A stretch of DNA of 64,000 nucleotides from Poseidonibacter sp. (GCF_041821165.1 NZ_JBGUES010000001.1:3901-67900); one strand, 5' to 3'; shown: positions 1 through 8,983, counted from the first letter of the stretch. Notes: generated by a model not told the origin, from the letters alone. Program-made: numbers and translations.

Positions 1-457
1 CATTTTGTTTTTTAATAGCTTGTAATTCATCAAGTTTTTCACGTGGAGCTAAACCTTTTTCAACAAGAGGTTTATATCTATTTAAATTTGCAATTGCAAG
101 ATTTAAGCTTGCTTTATTTTTTTCTAAACTTGCATTTTTTTGTTCTAAAATAGCTTTATACTGACTATCATCAAGTTTAAATAAATCTTGACCTTTTTTA
201 ACACTTTCTCCTGCTTTAAAAAAAATCTCTTTTAATTCGCCATTTACTCGTGATGTAATTTCTACATTTTTAAAAGCTTCAGTTTTTCCTGAAAAATCTA
301 CCCAAATTGGATAGGTTTCATTTTGTAATGTATATACATTGACAGCAACTTTTTTTATCTCTTCTTTTATAACTTTCTCTTCTTTTTTATCACATGCTGT
401 AAAAAGAAGTGTTAAACATAATATTAATGATGTAGATATTGATTTTTTTAAAAACAT
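1..457 (-). CDS. Efflux transporter periplasmic adaptor (membrane-fusion protein, HlyD/RND-MFP family), N-terminal part. The gene runs off the window start.
   Basis: Hand translation of the - strand from ATG at 455-457 gives MFLKKSISTSLILCLTLLFTAC (lipobox), then DKKEEK..VNVYTLQ..ITSRVNGELKEIFFKAGESVKKGQDLFKLDDSQYKAILEQKNASLEKNKASL. This is the typical MFP lipoyl-like motif followed by a coiled coil. It is absent from the ORF track because it is truncated. Confidence 0.75.
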   Translation of the reverse strand, partial: MFLKKSISTSLILCLTLLFTACDKKEEKVIKEEIKKVAVNVYTLQNETYPIWVDFSGKTEAFKNVEITSRVNGELKEIFFKAGESVKKGQDLFKLDDSQYKAILEQKNASLEKNKASLNLAIANLNRYKPLVEKGLAPREKLDELQAIKKQN

Positions 458-512
458 AGGAATCCTTTTATAAATAGCTTAAAAAATAATTTATATTACC
501 ATTATATTTTAA

Positions 513-531
513 TCTAACTAGATTCTAACTA
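513..531 (-). promoter_or_regulatory. Tandem direct repeat TCTAACTA-GAT-TCTAACTA (11-bp register), about 55-75 nt upstream of the efflux adaptor start. Candidate response-regulator binding site.
   Basis: Exact 8-nt repeat read at 513-520 and 524-531. One-helical-turn spacing is typical of OmpR-type winged-helix regulators, and an OmpR-type regulator is encoded next door. Short motif in AT-rich DNA, so chance is possible. Confidence 0.3.
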
Positions 532-583
532 ATAATTGTGTTGCATTGGTGTTACTTTATAAAAAGTTTTGTATTTAAAAAAG

Positions 584-1870
584 TTAAAACTTAATTATAA
601 ACTCAACACCATCTTTTGTATTTATAGCTATTATTGAAGCATTCATATTTTTTTCTAAAATCATTTTACTCATATAAAGACCAAGACCAGTTCCTTGATG
701 TTTATCTTTAGTAGTAAAATAAGGCTCAAATATCTTTTCAATAATATCTTTTGCTATTCCATTTGCATTATCTTTTACTATAATAGTATTTATATCTATT
801 ACAATATTAATTTTTGGTTTTATTATTTGATTAAAAATCAAAGCATCTTTTGCATTTTGAAGAAGATTTAAAATAACTTGAGATAACTCTTTTGGAAATG
901 AGTTTAATTTAAAATCCTCAATTATTTCAATTTTTAAATTTATATTATTTGATTTTAGTGTAGGTTTTATGATATTTGATGCATTTAAAATCATACTTGA
1001 TACATAAAACTCCTCTTTTTGTTTATCTTTTTTATAAAAATTAGTAAAATCATCAATAGTTTCAGACATATATTCAAGTTGAATTTGACTTTGTTCTAGT
1101 TTTTCTAATAAATATTTTTCATCTTTATACTTATCCATAATATGAATTTGCATATTTATAATTAGTGATGCGATTCTATTTAGTGGTTGTCTCCATTGAT
1201 GAGAAATATTAGCTAGCATTTCACCCATTGAAGCTAGTCTTGATTGATGAATTAGCATTTTTTCTTTTTCATTTTTTTCAAGTGTTAAAATACTTGTTTT
1301 TGCAAATAGAGCAAATGATAGAATTACTGCTTCTAAAATATTTCCTATTTGGCTTAAGTACTCAAAGTGAATAATTTCAATATTAAATATTCTATTTATA
1401 TCAGTTAAGAGAATAATTACATAATTAACACTCCAAGCAATTACAAAATACTTTGCAAGAACAAAACCTTTTTTATAAACTTTATAGGCTATTAAAACAA
1501 AAGCTAAAAATATAAAAGAAAAAGGTATATATTTTATTAGTAGTGAATTATCTGTAATATATAGAAGAAATAAAATTAGAGGAATAATATATGCAGTATA
1601 TAAAACATATTTATTTATACTTGGATAGTACTTATTTAGATTTAAAAACTCTTTAGCGAATAAAAAAGAGAAAAATATGGCAAATATTGCAATAGGAACA
1701 GTGGGAATAAGTAAAACTTCTAAAGTATTAAGTGATAAAAATACAACAGATAAGTGCATAAAAAAATAGTAAAGATATGCTTTTTCTTTATTATAAACAT
1801 ACCAAAGTATATTAAAAAGAAGAATAATAGAAAATATACCTAAGTAAAAACCTAAAAATAAAGAATTCAT
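584..1870 (-). CDS. Sensor histidine kinase with an N-terminal polytopic (7TM-receptor-like) membrane domain fused directly to HisKA/HATPase
   Basis: 428 aa. About 6-7 hydrophobic helices in the first 200 aa. H-box ISHQWRQPL; C-terminal N/G boxes (LLQNAKDA, GTGLGLYMSK). Confidence 0.85.
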   Translation of the reverse strand: MNSLFLGFYLGIFSIILLFNILWYVYNKEKAYLYYFFMHLSVVFLSLNTLEVLLIPTVPIAIFAIFFSFLFAKEFLNLNKYYPSINKYVLYTAYIIPLILFLLYITDNSLLIKYIPFSFIFLAFVLIAYKVYKKGFVLAKYFVIAWSVNYVIILLTDINRIFNIEIIHFEYLSQIGNILEAVILSFALFAKTSILTLEKNEKEKMLIHQSRLASMGEMLANISHQWRQPLNRIASLIINMQIHIMDKYKDEKYLLEKLEQSQIQLEYMSETIDDFTNFYKKDKQKEEFYVSSMILNASNIIKPTLKSNNINLKIEIIEDFKLNSFPKELSQVILNLLQNAKDALIFNQIIKPKINIVIDINTIIVKDNANGIAKDIIEKIFEPYFTTKDKHQGTGLGLYMSKMILEKNMNASIIAINTKDGVEFIIKF

Positions 1871-1873
1871 TAT

Positions 1874-2554
1874 TTATGCTTCTAAAATATTTATTTTGTA
1901 TCCTAATCCTGATACATTTGATATAGTCTCTTTATTTATTTTATTTCTTAAAGATTTAACTAAAAGTTTAATTGCATTTTTTGAACCTTCATATTCATAA
2001 ACAGTAGATTCAATTATTTCATAAGTACAAGATGCTGGATAGCTTTTAATAAGTAAGTCTAGTAATGCTCGTTCATTTTTTGATAAAGGAATTATTTCAT
2101 CTTTTTTTATTAACTCTTTTGTATAAATATCATAAAAAGTATCAATATCAAAATGTCTTTTTGTGATTATTTCATCTTCTAAAAAATCTTCACATTGTTT
2201 TAATGCATCATTTAATTTATTAAGACTAATTGGTTTTACTATATATTTTACAAGATGTAAATTTACTGCTTCTAATAAATACTCATTGCTTGTATATGCA
2301 GTTGTAATAATAATTTGAACTTTTGAGGATATTTTTCTAATTTTTTTAGCCATATCTATGCCATTTAATTTAGGCATTTGAATATCTGTGATGATAATAT
2401 CTGGATTATATTTTTCAAAAAACTCTAAACCTTCTTTGCCATTTGCTGCACAATAAAAAGTTTTGCATTTTCTTTTTAAATAAGAACTAATATTTTCTCT
2501 TGTAATATCATCATCTTCAATATATAAAATTGTGCTATTTTTTAATTTTTCCAT
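1874..2554 (-). CDS. Two-component response regulator, receiver + winged-helix (OmpR-type) DNA-binding domain
   Basis: 226 aa. Receiver motifs ILYIEDDD and IIITDIQMP. C-terminal LSKNERALLDLL...GLGYKI. There is a 3-nt gap to the downstream kinase gene. Confidence 0.88.
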   Translation of the reverse strand: MEKLKNSTILYIEDDDITRENISSYLKRKCKTFYCAANGKEGLEFFEKYNPDIIITDIQMPKLNGIDMAKKIRKISSKVQIIITTAYTSNEYLLEAVNLHLVKYIVKPISLNKLNDALKQCEDFLEDEIITKRHFDIDTFYDIYTKELIKKDEIIPLSKNERALLDLLIKSYPASCTYEIIESTVYEYEGSKNAIKLLVKSLRNKINKETISNVSGLGYKINILEA

Positions 2555-2570
2555 AAATTATTATATCTTA

Positions 2571-2591
2571 TTATCTACTAACACTAGATAA
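2571..2591. promoter_or_regulatory. Inverted repeat TTATCTA-N7-TAGATAA in the divergent regulator/EamA promoter region
   Basis: Read directly. The spacer contains CTAAC, the core of the 513-531 repeat. Weak evidence only. Confidence 0.2.
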
Positions 2592-2657
2592 GTACTTATA
2601 ATAAGTTATATCAAAATTTTATGTATAATACGAAAAAAATCAAAAGAAGTAAAAATA

Positions 2658-3551
2658 ATGAAAAATTATATATTTTTAATGTTAGCAGTTCTTTTCTGGT
2701 CTGGAAATTTTGTATTTGGAAGATTAATATCTTCAAGTATTGAACCAATGGAATTATCTTTTTATAGGTGGTTTTTTGTTTTAATATTACTAAGCCCATA
2801 TATTTTATTACGTTATAAAAATATATATAGTGTATTTAAAGAAAACTATTTAATACTATGTACTTTAGGTGCATTAGGAATAAGTGGATTTAATACTTTT
2901 TTATATTTTGGATTACAAACTACAACAGCAACGAATGCTTTATTAATAAATTCAAGTACACCTATTTTTATAATAGTTTTATCAAGTTTGATTTTTGCAA
3001 GACAAATAAGCAAAATTCAGTTCTTAGGAGTTATTTTATCAACACTTGGAGTTGTTTTTTTAATCTTAAAAGGTAATATAAATTTATTTTCAAATATAGA
3101 GTTTACTCATGGTGATTTATGGGTAATATTAAGTGCTCTTTCTTGGGCCTTATATTGTATTTTATTAAAATATAAACCAATGAAATTAAATCCTTTAGAG
3201 TTCTTTTGTTCAATTACTATAATAGGTGTTTTAATTTTATCTGTAATATATACATATCAAGGTTATAGTATTACTAATCTTAATTTTATGAGTAATAATG
3301 AAGTCTTATATTCATTAATGTATATAGTGATTTTTCCATCAATATTATCTTTTTATTTTTGGAATAGCGCAACTATTGCAATTGGTGCAAGTAAAGCAGG
3401 ACAATTTACTCATCTAATGCCAATTTTTGGAGCGATTATCGCTTATTTTTTATTAGATGAGGTTTTACAGTTTTATCATTTAGTTGGAATGTCATTAATC
3501 TTTTTAGGGATATATCTAACTTTATTTGTAAGCAAAAGTGAAAAAGTATAG
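2658..3551 (+). CDS. DMT-superfamily transporter (EamA/RhaT-like), 10 TM
   Basis: 297 aa with two EamA-like halves, each of five hydrophobic helices. N-terminus LFWSGNFVFGR is typical. Confidence 0.8.
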   Translation: MKNYIFLMLAVLFWSGNFVFGRLISSSIEPMELSFYRWFFVLILLSPYILLRYKNIYSVFKENYLILCTLGALGISGFNTFLYFGLQTTTATNALLINSSTPIFIIVLSSLIFARQISKIQFLGVILSTLGVVFLILKGNINLFSNIEFTHGDLWVILSALSWALYCILLKYKPMKLNPLEFFCSITIIGVLILSVIYTYQGYSITNLNFMSNNEVLYSLMYIVIFPSILSFYFWNSATIAIGASKAGQFTHLMPIFGAIIAYFLLDEVLQFYHLVGMSLIFLGIYLTLFVSKSEKV

Positions 3552-3554
3552 TTT

Positions 3555-4838
3555 ATGTTAAATCAATTATCAGGCATATTAATATTTGTATCATTTTTTT
3601 TAAGTATATACTCGTATTTTATAAATAATGATTTTTTAATATATGCAGGATTAAGTGTATGGATTGCATTTTTATTGCTTTTTTTATCTTTGAAAAATAT
3701 AAAGATGCTTACTACTCTTTTAGTTCTTAGTATGATTGCTTTTTATATATCTTATTTAAATGATTTTACAATTGATTTTAAAAAAGCATTTACAGTAAAT
3801 CAATATTTATTAACACTTTTAATAGGAGTAGGTTTTTTACGATTAATTGCAAGTCCAAAAAAAGACAAATCACAGATATTACCAAAAGGCAAAGAATCTT
3901 TTTTAAAAACATATTTAGGTGTACATCTTTTTGGTTCTGTTATAAATCTATCTTCACTTATTTTAGTTGCTGATAAACTATATAAAAAAGGCCCACTTTC
4001 TAATGCTCAAATAATACTTTTAACACGAGCATTTGCAAGTGATGCTTACTGGTCACCATTTTTTGTAGCTTTTGCTGCTGCTATTACTTATGCACCTTTA
4101 TTATCAACATCTATTATTTTAGTTAATGGATTATTTTTAGCATTGATTGCATTTTTATTTACATATGCTGAGGTTATTAAAAATAAGGATTTACGCATAG
4201 ATGAATTTCAAGGTTATCCTGTCTCTTTTCAATCATTACTTTTACCATTCTCCCTTGCATTTTTAGTACTTGTAACAAATCACTATTTTCCAAATATAAA
4301 AGTGATTATTTTAATAGCGCTTTTTTCTATACTTCTAACACTATTTGTTTTACCAATAAAAAAAGGTTTAAAAAAATCTATTAATATTTTGCAAAACCAT
4401 ATTTTTGAAGAACTACCAAAAATGAAATTAGAAATGTCACTTTTTTTGGTTGCAGGAATGTTTGGAATTTCAATAAGTTCTATTTTATTAGGACTTGATT
4501 TATCTTTACCATTTGAAAAGTTTGATTGGTTTATTGCCTCAATTTTATTAGCGATATTTATTTTTTTAGCTTTTATTGGAATTCATCCAATTATAACAAT
4601 AGCAATAATTGGAGATTTTTTAAGTGGAGTTAATAATACTTTACTTGCAGTTACTTTTTTAATGGCATGGTCAACAACAGTATCGACTTCACCTTTTAGT
4701 GGATTAAATCTTACAATTATTGCAAGGTATAATATTGATGGAAAAAGAATATTTAAACTCAATATTGTGTATGTACTAAAAATGTACATTGTTAGCGTAT
4801 TTTGTTTGTTTATTTTATCAAAGTATTTAAAGTTGTAG
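3555..4838 (+). CDS. Polytopic membrane protein of unknown family. Putative secondary transporter with two re-entrant-loop-like WS..SPF motifs.
   Basis: 427 aa and about 11-12 hydrophobic segments. Motifs DAYWSPFF (aa about 164-170) and AWSTTVSTSPFSG (aa about 371-383) sit at equivalent positions in the two halves. It starts 3 nt after the EamA stop. Confidence 0.5.
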   Translation: MLNQLSGILIFVSFFLSIYSYFINNDFLIYAGLSVWIAFLLLFLSLKNIKMLTTLLVLSMIAFYISYLNDFTIDFKKAFTVNQYLLTLLIGVGFLRLIASPKKDKSQILPKGKESFLKTYLGVHLFGSVINLSSLILVADKLYKKGPLSNAQIILLTRAFASDAYWSPFFVAFAAAITYAPLLSTSIILVNGLFLALIAFLFTYAEVIKNKDLRIDEFQGYPVSFQSLLLPFSLAFLVLVTNHYFPNIKVIILIALFSILLTLFVLPIKKGLKKSINILQNHIFEELPKMKLEMSLFLVAGMFGISISSILLGLDLSLPFEKFDWFIASILLAIFIFLAFIGIHPIITIAIIGDFLSGVNNTLLAVTFLMAWSTTVSTSPFSGLNLTIIARYNIDGKRIFKLNIVYVLKMYIVSVFCLFILSKYLKL

Positions 4839-4883
4839 TAAAATCATACAATTATCATATAATTAGATTATAATTGTTTCATA

Positions 4884-5245
4884 AAAGAGGTAGATGCATT
4901 CTTACTTGTATCCTTTCTGCTTCCTAAATTATAAATTTGGTGCATCTATTTACTTTTGACATTCATTCATTACATTTAGCCCATTATAATAAAAGTGATT
5001 ATTTGATACAAATTTATTTTGTTACTAATGAAAAAAGATTTATTTTTTATATCTTTACGTCGCATTTAGGTATATTAAAAATAGACTTTAATTTAAGTAA
5101 CCATCGCTTTCCCCCTCCTAAAATATATTAGGGCTAATGTAATCTCCTTGTAATTTTAAAAATAGACAGTTTAAAGCTTTAAGTATTTTGTTTATAAGAG
5201 TTTTGCTGTATTAGGCCATGGAATTTTTCTATGGCCTTTTTTTTT
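4884..5245 (+). ncRNA. Candidate orphan transcript (sRNA or small-peptide mRNA) ending at a strong intrinsic terminator. The 5' end is uncertain.
   Basis: About 400 nt without a credible ORF. Perfect TATAAT boxes at 4869-4874 and 4985-4990. A C/U-rich anti-SD-like tract CTTTCCCCCTCCT lies at 5107-5119. The terminator at 5213-5245 has no + strand gene to serve except the permease 375 nt upstream. No Rfam family recognised by eye. Confidence 0.3.
5213..5245 (+). terminator. Rho-independent terminator
   Basis: AGGCCATGG-aattttt-CTATGGCCT stem followed by a 9-T run. Confidence 0.8.
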
Positions 5246-5247
5246 GA

Positions 5248-5808
5248 TTAATTATCTATGATTCTTCTAGACATCCAGTAATGTTTTTTATAAAAAGGTT
5301 TATCAACTTTTGTAAATCTAATTCCTTTTACAGAAGCATGCATAAAATCTCCATTACCCATATAAATTCCAACATGTCTATCTTTTACACCTGTTTTAAA
5401 GAATATTAAATCACCTAATTGTAACTCAGATTTTTTAATTTTCTTTCCAACTTTTATTTGTGTCCATGTTGATCTTGGAATTTGAATATCAAGCTTTTCT
5501 TTATATATTCTTTGAATAAAAGCAGAACAATCTATTCCTTTTTTAGAATTTCCACCATATACATATTTTACATCTTTCCATTCTGAGTAAAATTCCATAA
5601 TAGCTTTGTTCATCTCTTCTAAGTCATTTTTATTTGATGATAATTCATCCTCTTTAGTTTTTAACTCTTCTAAAGGTGTTTGCGTAGATACTTGTTTGTA
5701 TTTATCTGATTGAGTAATTTTATTTTTAATTTCAACTTCTTTTTGAACGCTTGCACAAGCAACAAAAAAAAGACAAAAAGGCAATAAAAAATACATTTTT
5801 TTTCTCAT
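5248..5808 (-). CDS. NlpC/P60 (C40) peptidoglycan DL-endopeptidase lipoprotein, Spr/MepS-like
   Basis: 186 aa. Lipobox LFFVAC. Catalytic Cys context GIDCSAFIQRIY and His context RHVGIYMGNGDFMHAS. Confidence 0.85.
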   Translation of the reverse strand: MRKKMYFLLPFCLFFVACASVQKEVEIKNKITQSDKYKQVSTQTPLEELKTKEDELSSNKNDLEEMNKAIMEFYSEWKDVKYVYGGNSKKGIDCSAFIQRIYKEKLDIQIPRSTWTQIKVGKKIKKSELQLGDLIFFKTGVKDRHVGIYMGNGDFMHASVKGIRFTKVDKPFYKKHYWMSRRIIDN

Positions 5809-5946
5809 ATATTAATCTCCAAAAATTAAATTTAACTTATATTATAGCTTAAAGCAAATTAAGTTTTGATTTTTAAAATCTTTGAAAGTACCTATACAAG
5901 GGCTTTACAAAATGATATAATATATAAACTTACAAAAGGAGCTCAA

Positions 5947-6519
5947 ATGTTTAGAAACTACATAATATACTTAGTTATATTTATATTTGCAGGCTGTTCT
6001 CAAAATTATGATAATAATTTTTTCAAAAATAATGTAATTTACGATAAAAATAAAATTCAATATACTTTTGATTCTTGTACCAATAGCTCATATATTTTAA
6101 ATACAAAAGATGAAAAATATGGCAAGTTATTTATTGAATATATTAGTTTAGATATTGATTGCCGATGGAATGGCTTAGAGAGAGGTTATTTTGAATATTT
6201 ATTTAAGCAAACACTTAAAATAAAAGAGTTTAAAGTAATAGAACGATTAGATTATGAAAACTATGAAATATCAACTTTGTTAATTGATAATAAATATTAT
6301 TTAAATATAATACATTTCTTTATAGTTACAGAAAATACTTTTATTATTGACCAAGAAGGAGTTTTGACAAATGAATTAATAAATAAATTTGATAAAAACT
6401 ATAAAAATGAATATTTAAATAAAAATAGATATAAATTTGACTATAACAAAAGTCTAGTAAATCTAAATTTTATTAATGCATACTTTTCAAAAGAAATTGA
6501 GTATCCAGATAGTAAATAA
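5947..6519 (+). CDS. Hypothetical lipoprotein, no recognisable family
   Basis: The track ORF begins at 5866. The internal ATG at 5947 has an AAGGAG SD 6 nt upstream and gives MFRNYIIYLVIFIFAGCSQ (lipobox). Asn/Tyr/Lys-rich mature part. Confidence 0.55.
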   Translation: MFRNYIIYLVIFIFAGCSQNYDNNFFKNNVIYDKNKIQYTFDSCTNSSYILNTKDEKYGKLFIEYISLDIDCRWNGLERGYFEYLFKQTLKIKEFKVIERLDYENYEISTLLIDNKYYLNIIHFFIVTENTFIIDQEGVLTNELINKFDKNYKNEYLNKNRYKFDYNKSLVNLNFINAYFSKEIEYPDSK

Positions 6520-6520
6520 T

Positions 6521-6545
6521 ATAAGCAGAATTTTTATCTGCTTAT
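6521..6545 (+). terminator. Hairpin after the lipoprotein gene (9-bp perfect stem, no U-tract). Possible attenuating terminator.
   Basis: ATAAGCAGA-attttta-TCTGCTTAT, read directly. Confidence 0.35.
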
Positions 6546-6555
6546 AAATGGAATC

Positions 6556-8046
6556 ATGATAATATTTTTAATGAAAAATAAATTCTTTTTTAATAAATAT
6601 ATCCACAGTTTAATCCTTCTTATTTCAGCCTTATCATTTTCTATTTCACTTGATATTAGTATGCCTGATGATGGACTAAGACATATTGCTTTTGCGTATA
6701 ATAAAGATATTATGCACTCTTGGGGCGAGGTTTTCCCTTATTCTTTATTTGGCTCTTATGATCCTTGGTTTATGTGGCATAATTTATTGGCTTTTTTCTC
6801 CAATTTTATTCCAATTGAATATGTACATATTCTAATAAATACCTTATCTTTGTTTTTTCTAATGTTATTAATTGCACAATATATAAAAAATGAAATCAAA
6901 TATGAATTTTCATCTATGTTATATATCGTAGTTATTTCACTTGTATTTTTAACAGCATCAAGATATCTAATGGTAAGACCTGATCTATTATCAGGATTAT
7001 ATGTAATGGCTGCACTTTTACTTAGCAATCGTTTTATATATATTTTTATATTAACAATATTATATGCTCCTTTTTATTACTTGTTTTTTATGTATACAGG
7101 CTCTATTGGTTTAGTATATTTAATACAAAAAAAATGGAATGCTTTTTGGGGAGTTTTTTTAGCTTCATGTTTTTCTCTTATACTATTTTTATTACATGAT
7201 TTAGAAAACTATTTACAAACGGTTATAAATATTTTAACTGATCAAAAACTGCGAATGGGACTTGAAGTAGGTGAGGGTAAGGCCTTATTCTCTTTTTTAT
7301 CAAATGTTAATTATTTTGTATTATTAGCTGTGTTTTTAGGTATTTCAAGTTATATAATTTATAAAAACTATAAATATTTTAAATCAAATAATATTGCACT
7401 GTTTTTACTAATAACATCAATTTTATGGGTAAATCAAGCTAGATATTTTTATCTATTCTTACCTTTATTTGTAATCTATTTTTTATCAATAATTTTAAAT
7501 GCAAATAAAAAAAGCTTTTTTTATAACTTAAGAAAAAAGTATTTATTTATGATAAAAAATGTTAATTATGCAAAAAAATCAATGATTTTTTATCTTATTG
7601 CTATTCCTTATTGTATTGCAGTTTTTTCTTATGTTTATAATGGAAAATCTTTAAATAAAGAGATAAATGAAGCTGTTTTTTTTAAAGATAAAGCTTTTGA
7701 TAATAAAACAATATTATCAAATAGATTACATGAAGATATGTATAGAGCAGTTTATTTAAATCCTAAAATTCATTTTGTTCCAAGTTGTAGTGTTGGTTGG
7801 TTTTCAAATGAGAATGAAAATATAAAAGATATTTACATAAGAATGCAAAAAGAGGAGGGGATTAGTGAACTTGAATTATCTAAATTAGTAAAATATGTAA
7901 ATGCTGATATCTATATTCACTATCTTAGAAATGATAAACAAGTATTAAATTTTGAAAAATTAAATAATTTGGGAATAATTCCTTTATCTATTTATCATAA
8001 TCGAATAATTTTTAAAATAAAAAAAGAGATGAAAAACAATGAATAA
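6556..8046 (+). CDS. Polytopic membrane protein, putative GT-C-fold glycosyltransferase (GtrC-like serotype-specific partner) with a C-terminal periplasmic domain
   Basis: 496 aa with about 11-13 TM segments over aa 1-365. Acidic pair MPDDGLRH lies directly after TM1, the position of the GT-C catalytic Asp. A soluble tail of about 130 aa follows. It overlaps the GtrB-like gene by 8 nt. The family assignment is contextual. Confidence 0.5.
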   Translation: MIIFLMKNKFFFNKYIHSLILLISALSFSISLDISMPDDGLRHIAFAYNKDIMHSWGEVFPYSLFGSYDPWFMWHNLLAFFSNFIPIEYVHILINTLSLFFLMLLIAQYIKNEIKYEFSSMLYIVVISLVFLTASRYLMVRPDLLSGLYVMAALLLSNRFIYIFILTILYAPFYYLFFMYTGSIGLVYLIQKKWNAFWGVFLASCFSLILFLLHDLENYLQTVINILTDQKLRMGLEVGEGKALFSFLSNVNYFVLLAVFLGISSYIIYKNYKYFKSNNIALFLLITSILWVNQARYFYLFLPLFVIYFLSIILNANKKSFFYNLRKKYLFMIKNVNYAKKSMIFYLIAIPYCIAVFSYVYNGKSLNKEINEAVFFKDKAFDNKTILSNRLHEDMYRAVYLNPKIHFVPSCSVGWFSNENENIKDIYIRMQKEEGISELELSKLVKYVNADIYIHYLRNDKQVLNFEKLNNLGIIPLSIYHNRIIFKIKKEMKNNE

Positions 8047-8983
8047 CACTAATCCAAATATTGCAGTTATTCTTCCTGCTTTTAATGAAGAAAAAACTAT
8101 AAAAGATACAATACTTAGTTTTTTTAAAGAATTACCAACATCAAATATAGTAGTAATAGATAATAACTCATCTGATAAAACTTCTTTAATAGTGAAAGAT
8201 GTATTTGAAGAGTTTGATATAAATGGAACACTTTTACATGAAAACAGACAAGGTAAAGGAAATGCTGTTCGATTAGCTTTTAATAAAATTGATGCTGATG
8301 TATATATTATGGCTGATGCTGATATGACTTATCCTGCAAATGAAGTGCATAAACTTATATCATCTGTTTTAGAAAACAATGTTGATATGTGTGTTGGAGA
8401 TAGACTTAGTTTAGGTGACTATAAAAAAGAGAATAGCAGAGCCTTTCATAACTTTGGAAACACCTTAGTTCAAAAATTAGTAAATAAACTATTTAAAGCA
8501 AAGATAACTGATATTATGAGTGGGTATAGAGCTTTTAGTAAAAAATTTGTAAAAAACTATCCTATTTTAGTTGAAGGTTTTGAATTAGAAACAGATATGA
8601 CTTTACATGCTTTAGATAAAAGATTTAAAATAGAAGAAGTATGTATAAGTTATAAAGATAGACCAGAAGGAAGTTTTTCAAAACTAAATACCTTTAATGA
8701 TGGTTTTAAAGTGATATTTACAATTTTTCAAATTTTTAGATATTACAGACCTTTTGTATTTTTCTTTTCTTTAACAATTCTTTTTGCACTTTTATCTCTA
8801 ATTAGTGCTATACCTGTTTTTGATGATTGGCTTACATATAAATATATTTATCATGTTCCCTTAGCTATTTTAGCAACTGGTTTGGGTTTAATTAGTATTA
8901 TCTTTTTTGCTTTAGGAATAATACTAGACTCAATTGCTCATAATAATAAATTAGAATTTGAACAAAGAATATTAGACTTTTGA
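8039..8983 (+). CDS. GT2 polyprenyl-phosphate glycosyltransferase (GtrB/ArnC/DPM1-like)
   Basis: 314 aa. VILPAFNEEKTI, VIDNNSSDKT and a DAD motif (MADADMTYP). Two C-terminal TM helices as in GtrB. Confidence 0.85.
   Translation: MNNTNPNIAVILPAFNEEKTIKDTILSFFKELPTSNIVVIDNNSSDKTSLIVKDVFEEFDINGTLLHENRQGKGNAVRLAFNKIDADVYIMADADMTYPANEVHKLISSVLENNVDMCVGDRLSLGDYKKENSRAFHNFGNTLVQKLVNKLFKAKITDIMSGYRAFSKKFVKNYPILVEGFELETDMTLHALDKRFKIEEVCISYKDRPEGSFSKLNTFNDGFKVIFTIFQIFRYYRPFVFFFSLTILFALLSLISAIPVFDDWLTYKYIYHVPLAILATGLGLISIIFFALGIILDSIAHNNKLEFEQRILDF

Noticed and set aside
4937-5131. 64-aa ORF in the track inside the gene-free region
   Set aside because: It has a TTG start and no SD. Its composition is low-complexity Phe/Ile/His-rich, typical of random AT-rich frames. 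It runs through the C-rich motif rather than ending before a terminator-proximal stop. I treat the region as non-coding, or at most as coding the 21-aa ORF at 4894-4959.
5866-5946. 27-codon upstream extension of the lipoprotein ORF
   Set aside because: There is no SD at 5866. The ATG at 5947 is preceded by AAGGAG and yields a canonical lipoprotein signal peptide.
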